Shown here in pieces: positions 51,324 to 59,699 of a DNA stretch of 64,000 bases. The translations under genes were made by a program, and so were the position numbers. Source of the stretch: an uncultured Anaerolineales bacterium (GTDB lineage: Bacteria; Chloroflexota; Anaerolineae; Anaerolineales; JABWBV01); contig CAZAYY010000001.1 in the NCBI GenBank assembly GCA_964489525.1, positions 2,248 to 66,247 of the forward strand. Reading direction: 5' to 3'. Positions within the stretch are counted from its first letter, which is position 1, and every line of letters starts with the position of its first letter. Under the pieces are notes generated by a model that was given only the letters and a program-made list of their open reading frames with translations, did not search any database and was not told where the DNA came from.

Positions 51324-51872
51324 ATGTACCCGTCGTCGATGTCTGACCTGAAGGAATCTTCAGTACATTGGTATGCCTTGCGCAGCAAGCCGCGCAAAGA
51401 GGAAGCCGCCTACCGCGAGGTTGTCAATCGCGGTTATGAAGCTTATTTTCCGCGCCTGCGGGTTAACCCGGTCAATCCCCGCTCGAAGAAATTCCAACCC
51501 TACTTCCCTGGCTATTTGTTTTTACGCGCCGATGTCCAGGCTGTGGGGATTTCCGTCTTCCAGTGGATGCCGCACACCCTGGGTTTGGTGATGTTTGGTG
51601 GTGAACCGGCTGCCGTTCCTGAAAACCTGGTTCACGAACTGCGCTCCCGGCTGGCGCAGGTACAGGCTGCTGGCGGCCAGGCTTTTGCCGGGCTGCAGCC
51701 AGGCGATGTGGTGCGGGTCGAATCTGGCCCGTTTGCGGGTTACGAGGCGATTTTTGATGCCCGTCTGGATGGCACTGAACGCGTCCGGGTGCTGCTGCGC
51801 CTGCTCAACAGCCGCCAGATGCCCCTCGAACTGCCGGTGGGGCAGGTGGTGCGCTTAAAAAACAAGGCCTGA
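51324..51872 (+). CDS. specialised NusG paralogue (RfaH/LoaP/UpxY-like transcription antiterminator)
   Basis: The NGN domain reads WYALRSKPRKEEAAYREVVNRGYEAYFPRLRV...FPGYLFLRAD. The KOW domain reads GDVVRVESGPFAGYEAIFDARLDGTERVRVLL. I chose the ATG at 51324 (GGAG 6 nt upstream). The gene sits at the head of a polysaccharide locus, not in the secE-nusG-rplK context. Confidence 0.8.
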   Translation: MYPSSMSDLKESSVHWYALRSKPRKEEAAYREVVNRGYEAYFPRLRVNPVNPRSKKFQPYFPGYLFLRADVQAVGISVFQWMPHTLGLVMFGGEPAAVPENLVHELRSRLAQVQAAGGQAFAGLQPGDVVRVESGPFAGYEAIFDARLDGTERVRVLLRLLNSRQMPLELPVGQVVRLKNKA

Positions 51873-52122
51873 TCCACGCCGCCAGCGGTCTCCCGGCCTG
51901 GATAGGATGGACTTAACGTCCACGTCCAGGCTCCTGGCTCCAGGTTTTTCAAAAAATGTCCATGTCGGAAGGGCGGAGCGCGCCAGGGTATCGAATTCTC
52001 CCAAAAAAAACTTTGTGCTTCCCCCTTTACGCCCTTTGTGTTAAAAATTCCCAGGCTCCAGGCTCCTGGCGCTCCTGGCTTCCCACAAAACCAAAAACTC
52101 CCCACGAATAAAGGAATTAACC

Positions 52123-53190
52123 ATGAAAAAAGCATTAATCACCGGTATCACAGGTCAGGACGGCTCATACCTTGCCGAGCTGCTGCTTGCCCAGGGCTAT
52201 GAGGTCCACGGCATCATTCGCAGGGCCAGCGCCTTCAACACCCGCCGGATTGACCACATCTACAAAGACCCGCACAGTAAAGGCGGTGCCAACCTGCATC
52301 TGCATTACGGCGACATTGGCGGCAGCGGCAATCTGGTTGACCTGATTTATGAAATCCGCCCGGACGAAGTCTACAACCTGGCGGCACAGAGCCATGTACG
52401 GGTCAGTTTCGACATGCCCGAATACACGGGCGATGTCACCGGCCTGGGCGCCATTCGCCTGCTGGAAGCGGTGCGCAAGAGCGGCATCAAAGCCCGGGTC
52501 TACCAGGCTTCGTCCAGCGAGATGTTTGGCGCAGCCAAGCCTCCCCAAAGCGAGCTGACTCCCTTTGTGCCGCAAAGCCCGTATGCCGCCGCCAAGGTCT
52601 ATGCCTACTGGGTCACCCGCAACTACCGCGAGGCCTACCAGATGTTTTCCACCAACGGCATCTTGTTCAACCACGAGTCGCCCCGCCGCGGCGAAACCTT
52701 TGTGACCCGCAAGATCACCCGGGCTGTGGCGGCCATTAAGGCTGGAACCCAGAAAAAGCTCTACCTGGGCAACCTCGACGCCCGCCGCGATTGGGGCTAT
52801 GCTCCCGATTACGTCGCCGCCATGTGGAAGATGCTGCAGACCGACAACCCCAACGATTTTGTGGTTGGCACCGGCGAGGCCCACTCGGTGCGCGAGTTCC
52901 TGGATGAGGCCTTTGGCTATGTGGACATGGATTGGAAAGACTATGTCGAGATTGACCCGCGCTACTTCCGCCCAACCGAGGTGGATTACCTGCTGGCCGA
53001 CCCGACCAAAACCCGCACCCTGCTCGGCTGGGAACCGCGCGTCTTCTTCAAAGACCTGGTGCGGATTATGATTGACGCCGACCTCGAGCTGATTGGCCTG
53101 GATTCGCCTGGCGCTGGTCGCCAGATTTTGGAAAAGCACCATGGCGCCTGGCACCGCTGGGACAGCCAGGTGATCAGTATGGAGAAATAG
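52123..53190 (+). CDS. gmd: GDP-mannose 4,6-dehydratase
   Basis: The motifs [32 protein letters not shown] and [21 protein letters not shown] are diagnostic of Gmd. Confidence 0.9.
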   Translation: MKKALITGITGQDGSYLAELLLAQGYEVHGIIRRASAFNTRRIDHIYKDPHSKGGANLHLHYGDIGGSGNLVDLIYEIRPDEVYNLAAQSHVRVSFDMPEYTGDVTGLGAIRLLEAVRKSGIKARVYQASSSEMFGAAKPPQSELTPFVPQSPYAAAKVYAYWVTRNYREAYQMFSTNGILFNHESPRRGETFVTRKITRAVAAIKAGTQKKLYLGNLDARRDWGYAPDYVAAMWKMLQTDNPNDFVVGTGEAHSVREFLDEAFGYVDMDWKDYVEIDPRYFRPTEVDYLLADPTKTRTLLGWEPRVFFKDLVRIMIDADLELIGLDSPGAGRQILEKHHGAWHRWDSQVISMEK

Positions 53191-53214
53191 CGCCAGGCCT
53201 GGCTGCTGTTTTAA

Positions 53215-55233
53215 ATGAAAAAACTTGCACCGCTGCTCGGCCTGCTGCTGGGCGGCGTGGCCCTCTGGCTGGCTGCCCGTTCGGTAGATTTCTCGGCCGT
53301 CTGGGAGGTATTGGCGCAGGCTTTGCAAGCGCCGCATGCCTGGCGCTGGGTCGTCCTGGCCTTGATCAGCATTTCTGCCAACAACCTGGGCAAGGTGCTG
53401 CGCTGGGCGGTCCTCACCGGGAGTTCTGGGGGTGCACCAGGTGAAGGTGCCCCAGACACGCGAAGCTTGTACGGGCGTCTCTTCTGGCTCGGAATGGTTT
53501 TCGCTGCCAGCCAGCTGGTCAACCTGGCCAGCCCCGGCCGCCTGGGTGATTTTGGCCGGGCAGCGCTCACCCGCCGCCTATCCTCAATTGACTCTTCAAG
53601 CCGGCCTACGCTGTACCCGTCGCAAACGCATGGGTTTGGCGCGGCCTTCGGCTTGGGCCTTGGCGCCCTGGTTTTAGAAAAACTGCTCGACCTGGCCGCC
53701 TTTGGGCTGCTGGCCCTGACGCTTATCCTGGCGCTGCCGTTTGGATCCGAAGTATCCGCAGGCTCGCTTGTTACACTGCCGCCCGAACTTGATTCCCTGC
53801 CCGTTTTCGCCGGGGTTGGGGCTGCGGTACTGGTGGGGCTGCTGGCGCTGGGAATGTTGTGGGGGCGGTTTGAGAGCCGGCTTTTACCAAAGGTGTTGGC
53901 GCTGGCCAACCGGTTTGCCCCCGCTCGCTGGGCGCCTGGCTTGCAGGCAGCCCTGGGCAGCCCGGGCAGCCTGAGCCAACCAGGTACCGTTCTGGCCCTG
54001 GCCGGGCTGACTGCCTGGGTCTGGTTTACCGCTTTGCTGACCAATCAGCTGGCATTTTGGGCTGTGGGGCTGGATGTTCCGCCGCTGGCTGCGTTGGTGG
54101 TGCTGGTGAGTTTGCAGGTGGGCATTTCCACTGGCCTTGCCCCTGCCCATGTCGGTATTTTTGAACTGGCCTGTGTGCTGGCGCTGGGCATGTTTGGTGT
54201 TCCGGCTGCGCAAGGGCTGGCGTATGGCCTGCTGCTCCACGGCCTGCTTTTGGCCTGGCATATTGCGGCCGGCGCTCCTGCCCTGGCCTGGTTGGGTGTG
54301 ACCCTGCGAAACGAAGATTTTCCCGGGCGTCCGCAGGCCGCACCAGGGACGAACAACTCCCCTTTTTCCGACAAGCCCCCCCAGCGTGTGGCCACCCTCC
54401 AGGTGCCTTTCCTCCGGGTGGACATTCTGGGCGTTCCAGTGGCCTGCCTGGATAAGCCCGGCCTGTTGGCAATCGCCAGTGCCTGGATCTCAGGAAACGA
54501 GGTTTCCTCAGGGAACGAAGTTTCTTCGGACCCAGCAGGTGCGGGCTTTCCGCAGTCAGCACCACGTTTGGTCACCTACGTCTACGCCAACTGCCTGAAC
54601 ATCTCGGTTGAACAGCCCGCCTTCAAACAAGCCCTGGCCCAAATGGACCTGGTCTATGCCGATGGGGTAGGGGTTGTCTGGGCTGGCCGGCTTTTGGCTC
54701 GAAAACAAGACAAACCCGAGTGCCGCCTGCAAAAGCTTACCGGAGCAGACTGGTTTGGCGACTTCTGCCAGCTGGCGGTCCGGCGTGGCTGGCGCATTTT
54801 TCTGTTGGGCGGCCAACCCGGAGTTGCCGAACGAGCTCGCCAGGCCCTTGAATCCACCTACGCGGGTATCCAGGTGGTGGGCGCCGCCTCTGGCTTCTTT
54901 TCACCTGAGCAAGAAAGCGACCTGCTGGCCGAAATTGCCCGCTGCACCCCGGATGTCCTCTTTGTGGGCATGGGCGCACCTCGCCAGGAATTCTGGCTGC
55001 AATCTGTGTCCGCCCGGCTGGCGGAAGAAACCCCATCTCTCCGGCTGGCCTGGGGGGTGGGGGCGCTTTTCGACTACCTGGCCGGGGAAGAACGCCGGGC
55101 CCCGCGCTGGATGCGCCGCCTTCCCCTCGAATGGCTGTGGCGCTGGAGCCAGGACCCCAGTGGCAAATGGCGCCGCAATCTGCTGGGCATCCCCAAGTTT
55201 ACCTGGCGCATCCTGCTTCAGTGGATAAACTAA
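53215..55233 (+). CDS. fusion protein: N-terminal flippase-like (LPG_synthase_TM/UPF0104) membrane domain plus C-terminal WecG/TagA/CpsF (GT26) glycosyltransferase
   Basis: The N-terminus MKKLAPLLGLLLGGVALWLAARSVDFSAVWEVL is followed by multiple TM spans. The C-terminus carries DLVYADGVGVVWAGRLL, WRIFLLGGQPGVAERA and PDVLFVGMGAPRQEFWL. Confidence 0.7.
   Translation: MKKLAPLLGLLLGGVALWLAARSVDFSAVWEVLAQALQAPHAWRWVVLALISISANNLGKVLRWAVLTGSSGGAPGEGAPDTRSLYGRLFWLGMVFAASQLVNLASPGRLGDFGRAALTRRLSSIDSSSRPTLYPSQTHGFGAAFGLGLGALVLEKLLDLAAFGLLALTLILALPFGSEVSAGSLVTLPPELDSLPVFAGVGAAVLVGLLALGMLWGRFESRLLPKVLALANRFAPARWAPGLQAALGSPGSLSQPGTVLALAGLTAWVWFTALLTNQLAFWAVGLDVPPLAALVVLVSLQVGISTGLAPAHVGIFELACVLALGMFGVPAAQGLAYGLLLHGLLLAWHIAAGAPALAWLGVTLRNEDFPGRPQAAPGTNNSPFSDKPPQRVATLQVPFLRVDILGVPVACLDKPGLLAIASAWISGNEVSSGNEVSSDPAGAGFPQSAPRLVTYVYANCLNISVEQPAFKQALAQMDLVYADGVGVVWAGRLLARKQDKPECRLQKLTGADWFGDFCQLAVRRGWRIFLLGGQPGVAERARQALESTYAGIQVVGAASGFFSPEQESDLLAEIARCTPDVLFVGMGAPRQEFWLQSVSARLAEETPSLRLAWGVGALFDYLAGEERRAPRWMRRLPLEWLWRWSQDPSGKWRRNLLGIPKFTWRILLQWIN
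54493..54525 (+). repeat. two tandem in-frame 15-nt palindromic units (each encoding GNEVSS)
   Basis: GGAAACGAGGTTTCC lies at 54493-54507 and GGGAACGAAGTTTCT at 54511-54525. Both sit within the GT26 part of the fusion CDS. Confidence 0.7.
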
Positions 55234-55354
55234 CAAACTGCGCATAGCCGATTTACCCCTGAAACCTTCCTCCTCTCCATCCCTCCACCCCCCCATCTCC
55301 CAGCTATCTTCCAAATTCATAATTCTTAGTTCTTAATTCTTAAATTCCCCCCTG

Positions 55355-56347
55355 ATGTCTTCATCCCCAACCGCTCTGATCACCGGCGCTGCCGGGCAAG
55401 ATGGATATTACCTGAGCCAACTGCTCCTCGAGCAGGGCTACAGGGTGTTGGCGCTTGACCGCCCCGGCAAAATCGGCCAGTTCCCTGTGGGGGAGAAGGG
55501 CCTTTCTGCGAGCGCCTTTGCCGCAAATTTCCAACCCGTCCCATACGACCTGAGCAACCTGGCCGGCTTGCCAGACTTGCTCGAAAGCACCGCCCCCGAC
55601 GAGGTCTACCACCTGGCGGCGCTTTCTTCGGTGGGGGGGTCGTGGGCCGATCCGGTTGGCTATGTCCAGGTCAACGCTGCCCTGGTGGCCGCCCTGCTGG
55701 AGGCCCTGCGCCGTGTTCGCCCCCAGGCCCGTTTTTACCAGGCCTCTTCCAGCGAACTCTTTGGTGCACCCAACCACTTCCCCCAAAACGAAGCCACCTC
55801 CTTTGACCCGCGCAGCCCCTACGCCTCTGCCAAAGCCTGCGCCCACTACCTGGTCAAAAGCTACCGGGAGGGCTACGGCATGTATGCCGTTTCGGGGATC
55901 TTGTTCAACCACGAATCGCCCCGCCGCGACCTGCTCTACGTCACCCGCAAGGTTACCCACGCTGCCGCTCGCATCAGCCTGGGCCTGCAGGAACGGCTTG
56001 GCCTGGGCAACTTGAGCAACCTGCGCGACTGGGGGTATGCGGGCGATTATGTGCGCGCCATGTGGCTCATGCTCCAGCAAGACACCCCTGAGGATTATGT
56101 CATCGGCACCGGCAAGCTGCACACCGTGGCCGATCTGTGCGACCTGGCTTTTGGCTGCCTGGGCCTGGATTATCGGGCCTACGTCTACACCGACCCTCAG
56201 TTCTACCGCCCCCTCGAACCCGGCCTGATTGTCGCCGACAGCAGCAAAGCCCACCGCCAGTTGGGCTGGCAGCCCCAGGTTTCCTTCGAAGCCCTGATCC
56301 AGATGATGGTTGAGCACGACCTGGAAACTCTCAAACAATCCACCTGA
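55355..56347 (+). CDS. second Gmd-family SDR (GDP-mannose 4,6-dehydratase paralogue; exact activity unresolved)
   Basis: The motifs ALITGAAGQDGYYLSQLLL, YASAKACAHY and [21 protein letters not shown] are present. Confidence 0.7.
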   Translation: MSSSPTALITGAAGQDGYYLSQLLLEQGYRVLALDRPGKIGQFPVGEKGLSASAFAANFQPVPYDLSNLAGLPDLLESTAPDEVYHLAALSSVGGSWADPVGYVQVNAALVAALLEALRRVRPQARFYQASSSELFGAPNHFPQNEATSFDPRSPYASAKACAHYLVKSYREGYGMYAVSGILFNHESPRRDLLYVTRKVTHAAARISLGLQERLGLGNLSNLRDWGYAGDYVRAMWLMLQQDTPEDYVIGTGKLHTVADLCDLAFGCLGLDYRAYVYTDPQFYRPLEPGLIVADSSKAHRQLGWQPQVSFEALIQMMVEHDLETLKQST

Positions 56348-56417
56348 TCCGCCCCGCACCACCCGCCCAAAACAATTCCCAATTCAAAATTTAAAATTTC
56401 CAAATTTTCATTTTCTG

Positions 56418-56888
56418 ATGCCCTCCATCTTATTCGTTTGCACCGGCAACATCTGCCGCTCTCCCCTGGCTGAAGGCCTCTTCAAAGACCTGCTGGCCAG
56501 CAAAGGCCTCAGCGACCACTGGCGGGTCAGCTCCGCCGGCACCTGGGCCTTGCCCGGTGAGCCAGCTGCCTACGAAGTCCAAAACATCCTCACCCGGCGC
56601 GGCGTGGACCTGACAAGCCACCGTGCCCGTGAAGTCAACCGCACCCTCATTGCCAACGCCGACCTGGTGTTGACCATGACCCGCAGTCAGAAAGAAGCCC
56701 TGCAGCTCGAGTTCCCCGGCCAGGCCAGCCGCATCATGCTCATCAGCGAACTGGGCGGCATGGTCTACGACATCCCCGACCCCTACGGCGGCCCGTCGGA
56801 GCTGTACGGGGAGATCGCCGGCGAACTCGAAGCCCTGCTCGAAATGGGCTGGAAAACCACCTTCGCTAACCTTGCCCGAGAGGGCTAA
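56418..56888 (+). CDS. low-molecular-weight protein tyrosine phosphatase (Wzb-like)
   Basis: The active-site loop is ILFVCTGNICRSPLAEG (CX5R-S). A DPYGG segment is present. I chose the ATG at 56418; the track ORF opens at 56310. Confidence 0.85.
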   Translation: MPSILFVCTGNICRSPLAEGLFKDLLASKGLSDHWRVSSAGTWALPGEPAAYEVQNILTRRGVDLTSHRAREVNRTLIANADLVLTMTRSQKEALQLEFPGQASRIMLISELGGMVYDIPDPYGGPSELYGEIAGELEALLEMGWKTTFANLAREG

Positions 56889-56959
56889 ACGAACCCGGCA
56901 CCCACAAAACGGTGCTCCGTTTCGGGGAACTGCTTTGATGATGGGTGTTCCATCTGTAA

Positions 56960-56989
56960 GGATGGAAAGAGCGTACGCTCTCTCCATCC
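56960..56989 (+). terminator. strong stem-loop inside the polysaccharide operon (possible terminator or processing site)
   Basis: GGATGGAAAGAGC-GTAC-GCTCTCTCCATCC forms 12 bp plus one mismatch. An upstream TCCATC (56949-56954) could pair alternatively with GATGGA. T-rich sequence begins about 8 nt downstream. Confidence 0.35.
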
Positions 56990-57008
56990 TTGGCCGTTTA
57001 TATTTTCC

Positions 57009-58409
57009 TTGACCAATCCAACCTCTGATCCAACCCCCACCCCAGACGTTTCCGCCGCATCTTCCCGCATTGCCGCACGCTACACCAGCACGGGGGTGCC
57101 AGCGGCCCATCTTCCCCCCGCTGTCGAACCCGGGCCGCTGGCTGCCCAGCTTTTCCAGGCGGTCTGCAACACCCTGGCAGGCGTCCCCAACGCCGGCGAA
57201 TGGGTATATCTGCCCGCAGAAGCCTGGCCGCTGCTGCCCGGCATAACCGATTTCGAAGGGGTTGGCCCCCTGCTCTTCACCGTCCTGCGCCGCGGCAGCA
57301 CTCTGCCCCTGGCCAGCCTGGCCAATTCCGCCCCGGCCATCCAGGCCCTCGGCCAGCAGTACTACAACACCGCCGCCCAAAACACCCTTTTCCATAAAGC
57401 CCTGCTGCAAATTTTGGCTGCTTTCCAGTCTGCGGGTGTGCAGCCGCTTCTCTTAAAGGGCGCTGCGCTGGCTTTTACCCATTTTGCCCAGGACGATCGC
57501 CCCGTCTACCTCGACCCGGCCCTGCGCCCCATGGTGGACCTCGATTTCCTCGTCCGCCTCGAACAGCGCGGCGCGGCCCTCGAAGCCCTCGAAAGCCTCG
57601 GCTATACCGACGCCGAACCCGAAACCGTGCCCGGCCTGGCCCAGCACACCCTCCACGCCGCCTACTACCGCGGCGGCCCCGCCAACCGGGTTGGCGTTGA
57701 ACTGCACTGGAACCTGATCGCCGGCCCCGCCGACGAACGCACCGTGCCCTCCGAATGGTTTTGGGCCCAGGCCCGCCCGGCTGTGGTGATCCCAGATTGG
57801 GTGAATTCCTGCGGGGTCCAACCCCAAATCCTCACGCCCACTGCCCACCTGCTCTACCTTGTGGGTCACCAGGGCCTGCGTCACCCCGACTACCTGCGCC
57901 TGCTCTGGCTTTACGACATCCACCTGCTGCTCGTGCGCCACTGGATCGCAGTCCGCCAGGCTGGCGCTGAGGATCGCCAGGACACCTCGCCAAACCATTC
58001 CTTGTTGGACTGGGACACCCTCGCCCAACAGGCCCTCGCCCTCGGCTGGGGTCCTGCCCTGGCCGCCGTCCTCAGCGAAGTGCAGGCCTGCTTTGGTTCC
58101 CCACTTCCCCCGGGCTTCCTCGAGCGCCTGCCCGGCCCGCGCCTGGACCCGCAGCCCGCGTTTCAACGCACTCGCACCCAACACACCTGGGACGAACTGC
58201 GCCGCCTGGCCCCCCTGGCCCGCATCCAGGCCATCTTCGCCCTGCTTTTCCCCGCCCCATCCTACATGCGCTGGCGCTACCAGAAACGCCCCGCCGGGGC
58301 ATTTCCACCCGCCGGGTCGCTGCCCCTCATCCTGGCCTACCCCTACCGCTGGTTCGACATGGCCGCCGACCTCGCCCGCACGCTCATCAAAAAGGCCCGC
58401 CGCCGGTGA
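57009..58409 (+). CDS. uncharacterised nucleotidyltransferase-family protein (NTP_transf_5-like)
   Basis: The segment LLLKGAALAFTHFAQDDRPVYLDPALRPMVDLDFLV is the typical core of this family. The start is a TTG as given by the track. Confidence 0.55.
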   Translation: MTNPTSDPTPTPDVSAASSRIAARYTSTGVPAAHLPPAVEPGPLAAQLFQAVCNTLAGVPNAGEWVYLPAEAWPLLPGITDFEGVGPLLFTVLRRGSTLPLASLANSAPAIQALGQQYYNTAAQNTLFHKALLQILAAFQSAGVQPLLLKGAALAFTHFAQDDRPVYLDPALRPMVDLDFLVRLEQRGAALEALESLGYTDAEPETVPGLAQHTLHAAYYRGGPANRVGVELHWNLIAGPADERTVPSEWFWAQARPAVVIPDWVNSCGVQPQILTPTAHLLYLVGHQGLRHPDYLRLLWLYDIHLLLVRHWIAVRQAGAEDRQDTSPNHSLLDWDTLAQQALALGWGPALAAVLSEVQACFGSPLPPGFLERLPGPRLDPQPAFQRTRTQHTWDELRRLAPLARIQAIFALLFPAPSYMRWRYQKRPAGAFPPAGSLPLILAYPYRWFDMAADLARTLIKKARRR

Positions 58410-59107
58410 ACCGCCGCCTGCTTTGGCTCTCCCTCGCCGTCTTCCTGGCTGCCCTCGCCCTGCTGCTCCTTCTGCCGCAAGCGCTCAGCCGCAATCTGGC
58501 CGGCCTGCAGGCCCTCGAAGTCTGCCTCACAGGAAACGAAGTTTCCTCGGGCCCGGCTGCCCAAAATCTCCAACCTGGCTTCCCCTTCTTCGCCGCTGGC
58601 CTGGCCCGCTGCCAGGGGAATGAACAGGCTGCCCTGCAGTCCTACACCCAGGCCTTCGCCGACCCCCACACCCCGGTAGACGCCGTGCGCGGTGCCTTCC
58701 CGACCGATCTCGACCTTGCCCGCCAGGCTGTTGCCGCCCGCCCCGATGACCCCGCCTCCTTCTTCTGGCTCGCCGACATCCTCCGCTCCAGCGACCCCGC
58801 CGCCGCCATCCCCGTCTACGAACAGGCCCTCACCCTCGCCCCGCGCGAAGCCCTCGCCTGGGACCGCCTGGGCCATTTATATGAAGACGCCCAGCGCCTG
58901 GAAGACGCCCTCCACGCCTACAGCCAGGCCTGCCGCTACCTCGACCAGGGCAAAAACGGCTGCCTCAACGCCGGGGGTGTCGCCATGCGCCTCGAACGCT
59001 ACGCCGAAGCCGCCGACTTCTACCGCCAGGCCCTCCGCCAGCTCCCCAACTACCCCCCCGCCCAGGCCGGCTACACCGCCGCCCTCGAAGCCCTGCAAGG
59101 CCCATAA
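58406..59107 (+). CDS. membrane-anchored TPR-repeat protein
   Basis: The N-terminal TM segment is LLWLSLAVFLAALALLLLL. TPR-like helices follow (AIPVYEQALTLAPREALAWDRLGHLYEDAQRLEDALHAYSQA...). The start overlaps the upstream stop. Confidence 0.6.
   Translation: MNRRLLWLSLAVFLAALALLLLLPQALSRNLAGLQALEVCLTGNEVSSGPAAQNLQPGFPFFAAGLARCQGNEQAALQSYTQAFADPHTPVDAVRGAFPTDLDLARQAVAARPDDPASFFWLADILRSSDPAAAIPVYEQALTLAPREALAWDRLGHLYEDAQRLEDALHAYSQACRYLDQGKNGCLNAGGVAMRLERYAEAADFYRQALRQLPNYPPAQAGYTAALEALQGP
58532..58546 (+). repeat. third in-frame copy of the 15-nt palindrome (encodes GNEVSS)
   Basis: GGAAACGAAGTTTCC lies within the TPR-protein CDS. Confidence 0.7.
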
Positions 59108-59224
59108 GAGTTTCAACACAAAGCACACAAAGCGGGTATCTGGCCGCGAATGGCGCTAATTTCCGCGAAGTCGGTGAAGCAGGCAGGCCCATACATTACG
59201 CGAATTTCTGCAAAGCGAAATCAA

Positions 59225-59635
59225 GTGAACGAAATCCTTCATAAAGAGCTTTCTTTTCAGATTGTCGGGGCGGCAATGGAAGTCCACCGTATTTTGGGGC
59301 CAGGTTTTTTGGAAGCCGTATATGAAGAAGCACTTGCGCAAGAACTCACACTGCGAGAAATTCCTTTTGAAAGACAAAAACAGCTCAAAGTGAATTATAA
59401 GGGGGTTGTGGTTGGGGAATACATTGCGGATATCGTGGTCAATGACACCGTGATTATCGAATTAAAAGCCAGGCCCAATCTGGTTCCAGCCAATGAAGCC
59501 CAGGCAATCAACTACCTTGCCGCAACGGGATATAAACTTGCGCTCATCTTAAATTTTGGCACACCTTCTCTGCAACAAAAGCGAATTGTCCTTTCAACCC
59601 AAAAGCCAAAAAAAAACCTCAACAAATCAGTGTAA
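59225..59635 (+). CDS. GxxExxY protein (PD-(D/E)XK-like small protein family)
   Basis: The sequence LSFQIVGAAMEVHRILGPGFLEAVYEEALAQELTLREIPFERQ...VGEYIADIVVNDTVIIELKA contains the eponymous G..E..Y motif. I chose the GTG at 59225. Confidence 0.8.
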   Translation: MNEILHKELSFQIVGAAMEVHRILGPGFLEAVYEEALAQELTLREIPFERQKQLKVNYKGVVVGEYIADIVVNDTVIIELKARPNLVPANEAQAINYLAATGYKLALILNFGTPSLQQKRIVLSTQKPKKNLNKSV

Positions 59636-59699
59636 TTCTTAAGTAGAAAACAACAGAAAAATTCGAGAAAATTCGCGTAATTCGTGGCAAAAACTCCCT

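Noticed and set aside
51927-51950. Rho-independent terminator after the NusG paralogue (CCAGGCTCCTGGCTCCAGGTTTTT)
   Set aside because: Despite the T-run, the preceding sequence is a direct word repeat rather than an inverted one. Only a 4-bp stem can form.
52165-53337. 390-aa minus-strand ORF
   Set aside because: It is fully antisense to an unmistakable gmd gene, so it is a GC-rich antisense artefact. The same reasoning applies to 53211-54044, 54026-54575, 55361-56362, 56430-57410 and 57453-58184.
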